This document shows positions 62,685-64,000 of a stretch of 64,000 bases of DNA, piece after piece (positions within the stretch are counted from its first letter, which is position 1; each line of letters begins with the position of its first letter). The translations under genes were made by a program, and so were the position numbers. The notes under the pieces are model-generated. The model was not told where the DNA came from. It did not search any database and worked only from the letters and a program-made list of their open reading frames with translations. Origin of the DNA: Lytechinus pictus (Eukaryota). The stretch is taken from NCBI RefSeq assembly GCF_037042905.1, contig NC_087250.1, forward strand, positions 10,790,001 through 10,854,000, in the 5' to 3' direction.

Positions 62685-64000
62685 CTACACCCTGTTGTAA
62701 TGGTTGCCATCCTGGCAACCATATTGAAATCTATAAGTCCTTTTGAAATATCTGATAAGTGCACTTTGGGTCTTTACTGCGAGATTCTCCACTTTACGTT
62801 CCGCATCAGAGATATTTTTAACATTTAATTCAGCAAGTAATAGGGCTCGTTGAATTATAAATCTAGGGCAAACATATAAAAAGTGGTAAATCGTTTCTCT
62901 TTCATTGCAGAAATCACACTTTCCAGTTGTGTGTCTTCCCGTCTTAAAAAGGAAGTCATTCAAACCCAAACCTCCCAAACGTAATCTGTGGATCATTTTT
63001 TCACCACTTTTGTCTGTGCAGAGATAATCAAAGGGTGTTTTTTCTGATACAACTTTCTGGTATTTTCTTAATTCTGAAGTTGACTTGTCCCATCTCTTCT
63101 GCCATTCATTTCTTGCAAGGACTCTTACAATCTTTTTTGTTTCTTGGATATTCAAACCATTCAAACCAATTCTGATCTATACGATGATGTAAAATTTTGC
63201 ATTCTTTTACATTCAATTACCCGCATAGCAGGCACGTAAAAACAAGCAGAGGCATTGCCGTGCACCGGGTCTCTCGAACCATCAGTGTCAATATGGAGAT
63301 TCTCTCTCCACTTTGTATTAATATACTCCACAGTTGTGTTATATTGATAAAAAACGTTATCACTTTTGGATACAAGCTCATGCAGCTTCAATGACACTTC
63401 TGGTGGAGAGAGATGCCAAGGAGGCAAGGGTGTATAAGACTGAAAAGATTCAGTTGTGTAGTATATCTCATCTTCCAAAACTCTCAAACCAAAAGGTTTT
63501 CGTGCTTTCTTATTTTTTTCGTATTCAAATTGCCAACAGTTCTTCAATGAAGATTGGAGTGGGTGTTTGGCATTTTGTCTTATTTTTGCTTTGTAAACCT
63601 TGCTAAGCATGTATCTTCTCAGATCGAGTGGTAATTCACCAGTATCTACCTGTAAGGATTCCAGGGAGGTACCCGGCAACGCCCCTGTGCACAATTTTAA
63701 AGCCTGGTATTGAATAGTCAACAAGAAGTTCTTCACATGATCATGAGCTGAATCATATGCTTCTGCTGCATAATCCAACAATGGCCTGATGACCACTTTA
63801 TAAAAAGTCAAAAGGCTTTTATAACTACTTCCCCACTTAGTTCCCACTAGTCTTTTCATTATATTTATTTTCTTTTTTGCTCTTGTTACAATCATATTTA
63901 TATGTGGTCTCCATGTTAACTTTCTATCCAGTACTACTCCTAAAAATAGATGTTCGTCCTTTTGTGGTAAGGGGACCTCATCTAATTCAATCTGTACACA
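62685..64000 (-). mobile_element. I-group (I/Nimb-like) LINE ORF2 3' part: RT thumb, internally deleted RNase H, CCHC knuckle
   Basis: FLGVVLDRKLTW, IRPLLDYA, IDTDGS...SSYRSEL (RNase H start), then a jump to WQKRW...RLRLG...CDFCNERETIYHFLYVC. Runs off the window end. Confidence 0.9.

Overview
AT-rich, repeat-dense eukaryotic DNA. The repeat families and the death-domain type suggest a sea urchin or other echinoderm (inference). One host gene is visible, on the minus strand. By hand I joined ten GT-AG exons from 48092 down to 13185 (1528 nt, phase-compatible, no stops). They encode the end of a Roc domain, a full COR domain and a C-terminal death domain, i.e. a ROCO-family protein whose 5' exons I did not find in the window. 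Most of these exons are absent from or only partly covered by the ORF track. The introns and flanks hold nested mobile DNA: Kolobok-like, Tc1-like, Harbinger-like, MULE-like and CACTA-like MITEs, Helentron/HINE-like elements with internal satellites, a two-copy element with 4-bp TSDs, a decayed CxxH DDE transposase, a piggyBac-like end, Tx1/L1, CR1/L2 and I-group LINE fragments, and a tRNA SINE. The most unusual items are: (i) a ~400-bp satellite at two loci whose every unit carries a tRNA-like cloverleaf followed by an oligo-T terminator, with a variable anticodon; (ii) a ~7.3-kb inverted-repeat structure resembling a Maverick/Polinton remnant with a head-to-head terminus junction; (iii) the death domain sitting on a symmetric phase 1-1 exon; (iv) several foldback palindromes. 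All calls come from reading the sequence; no searches were run.
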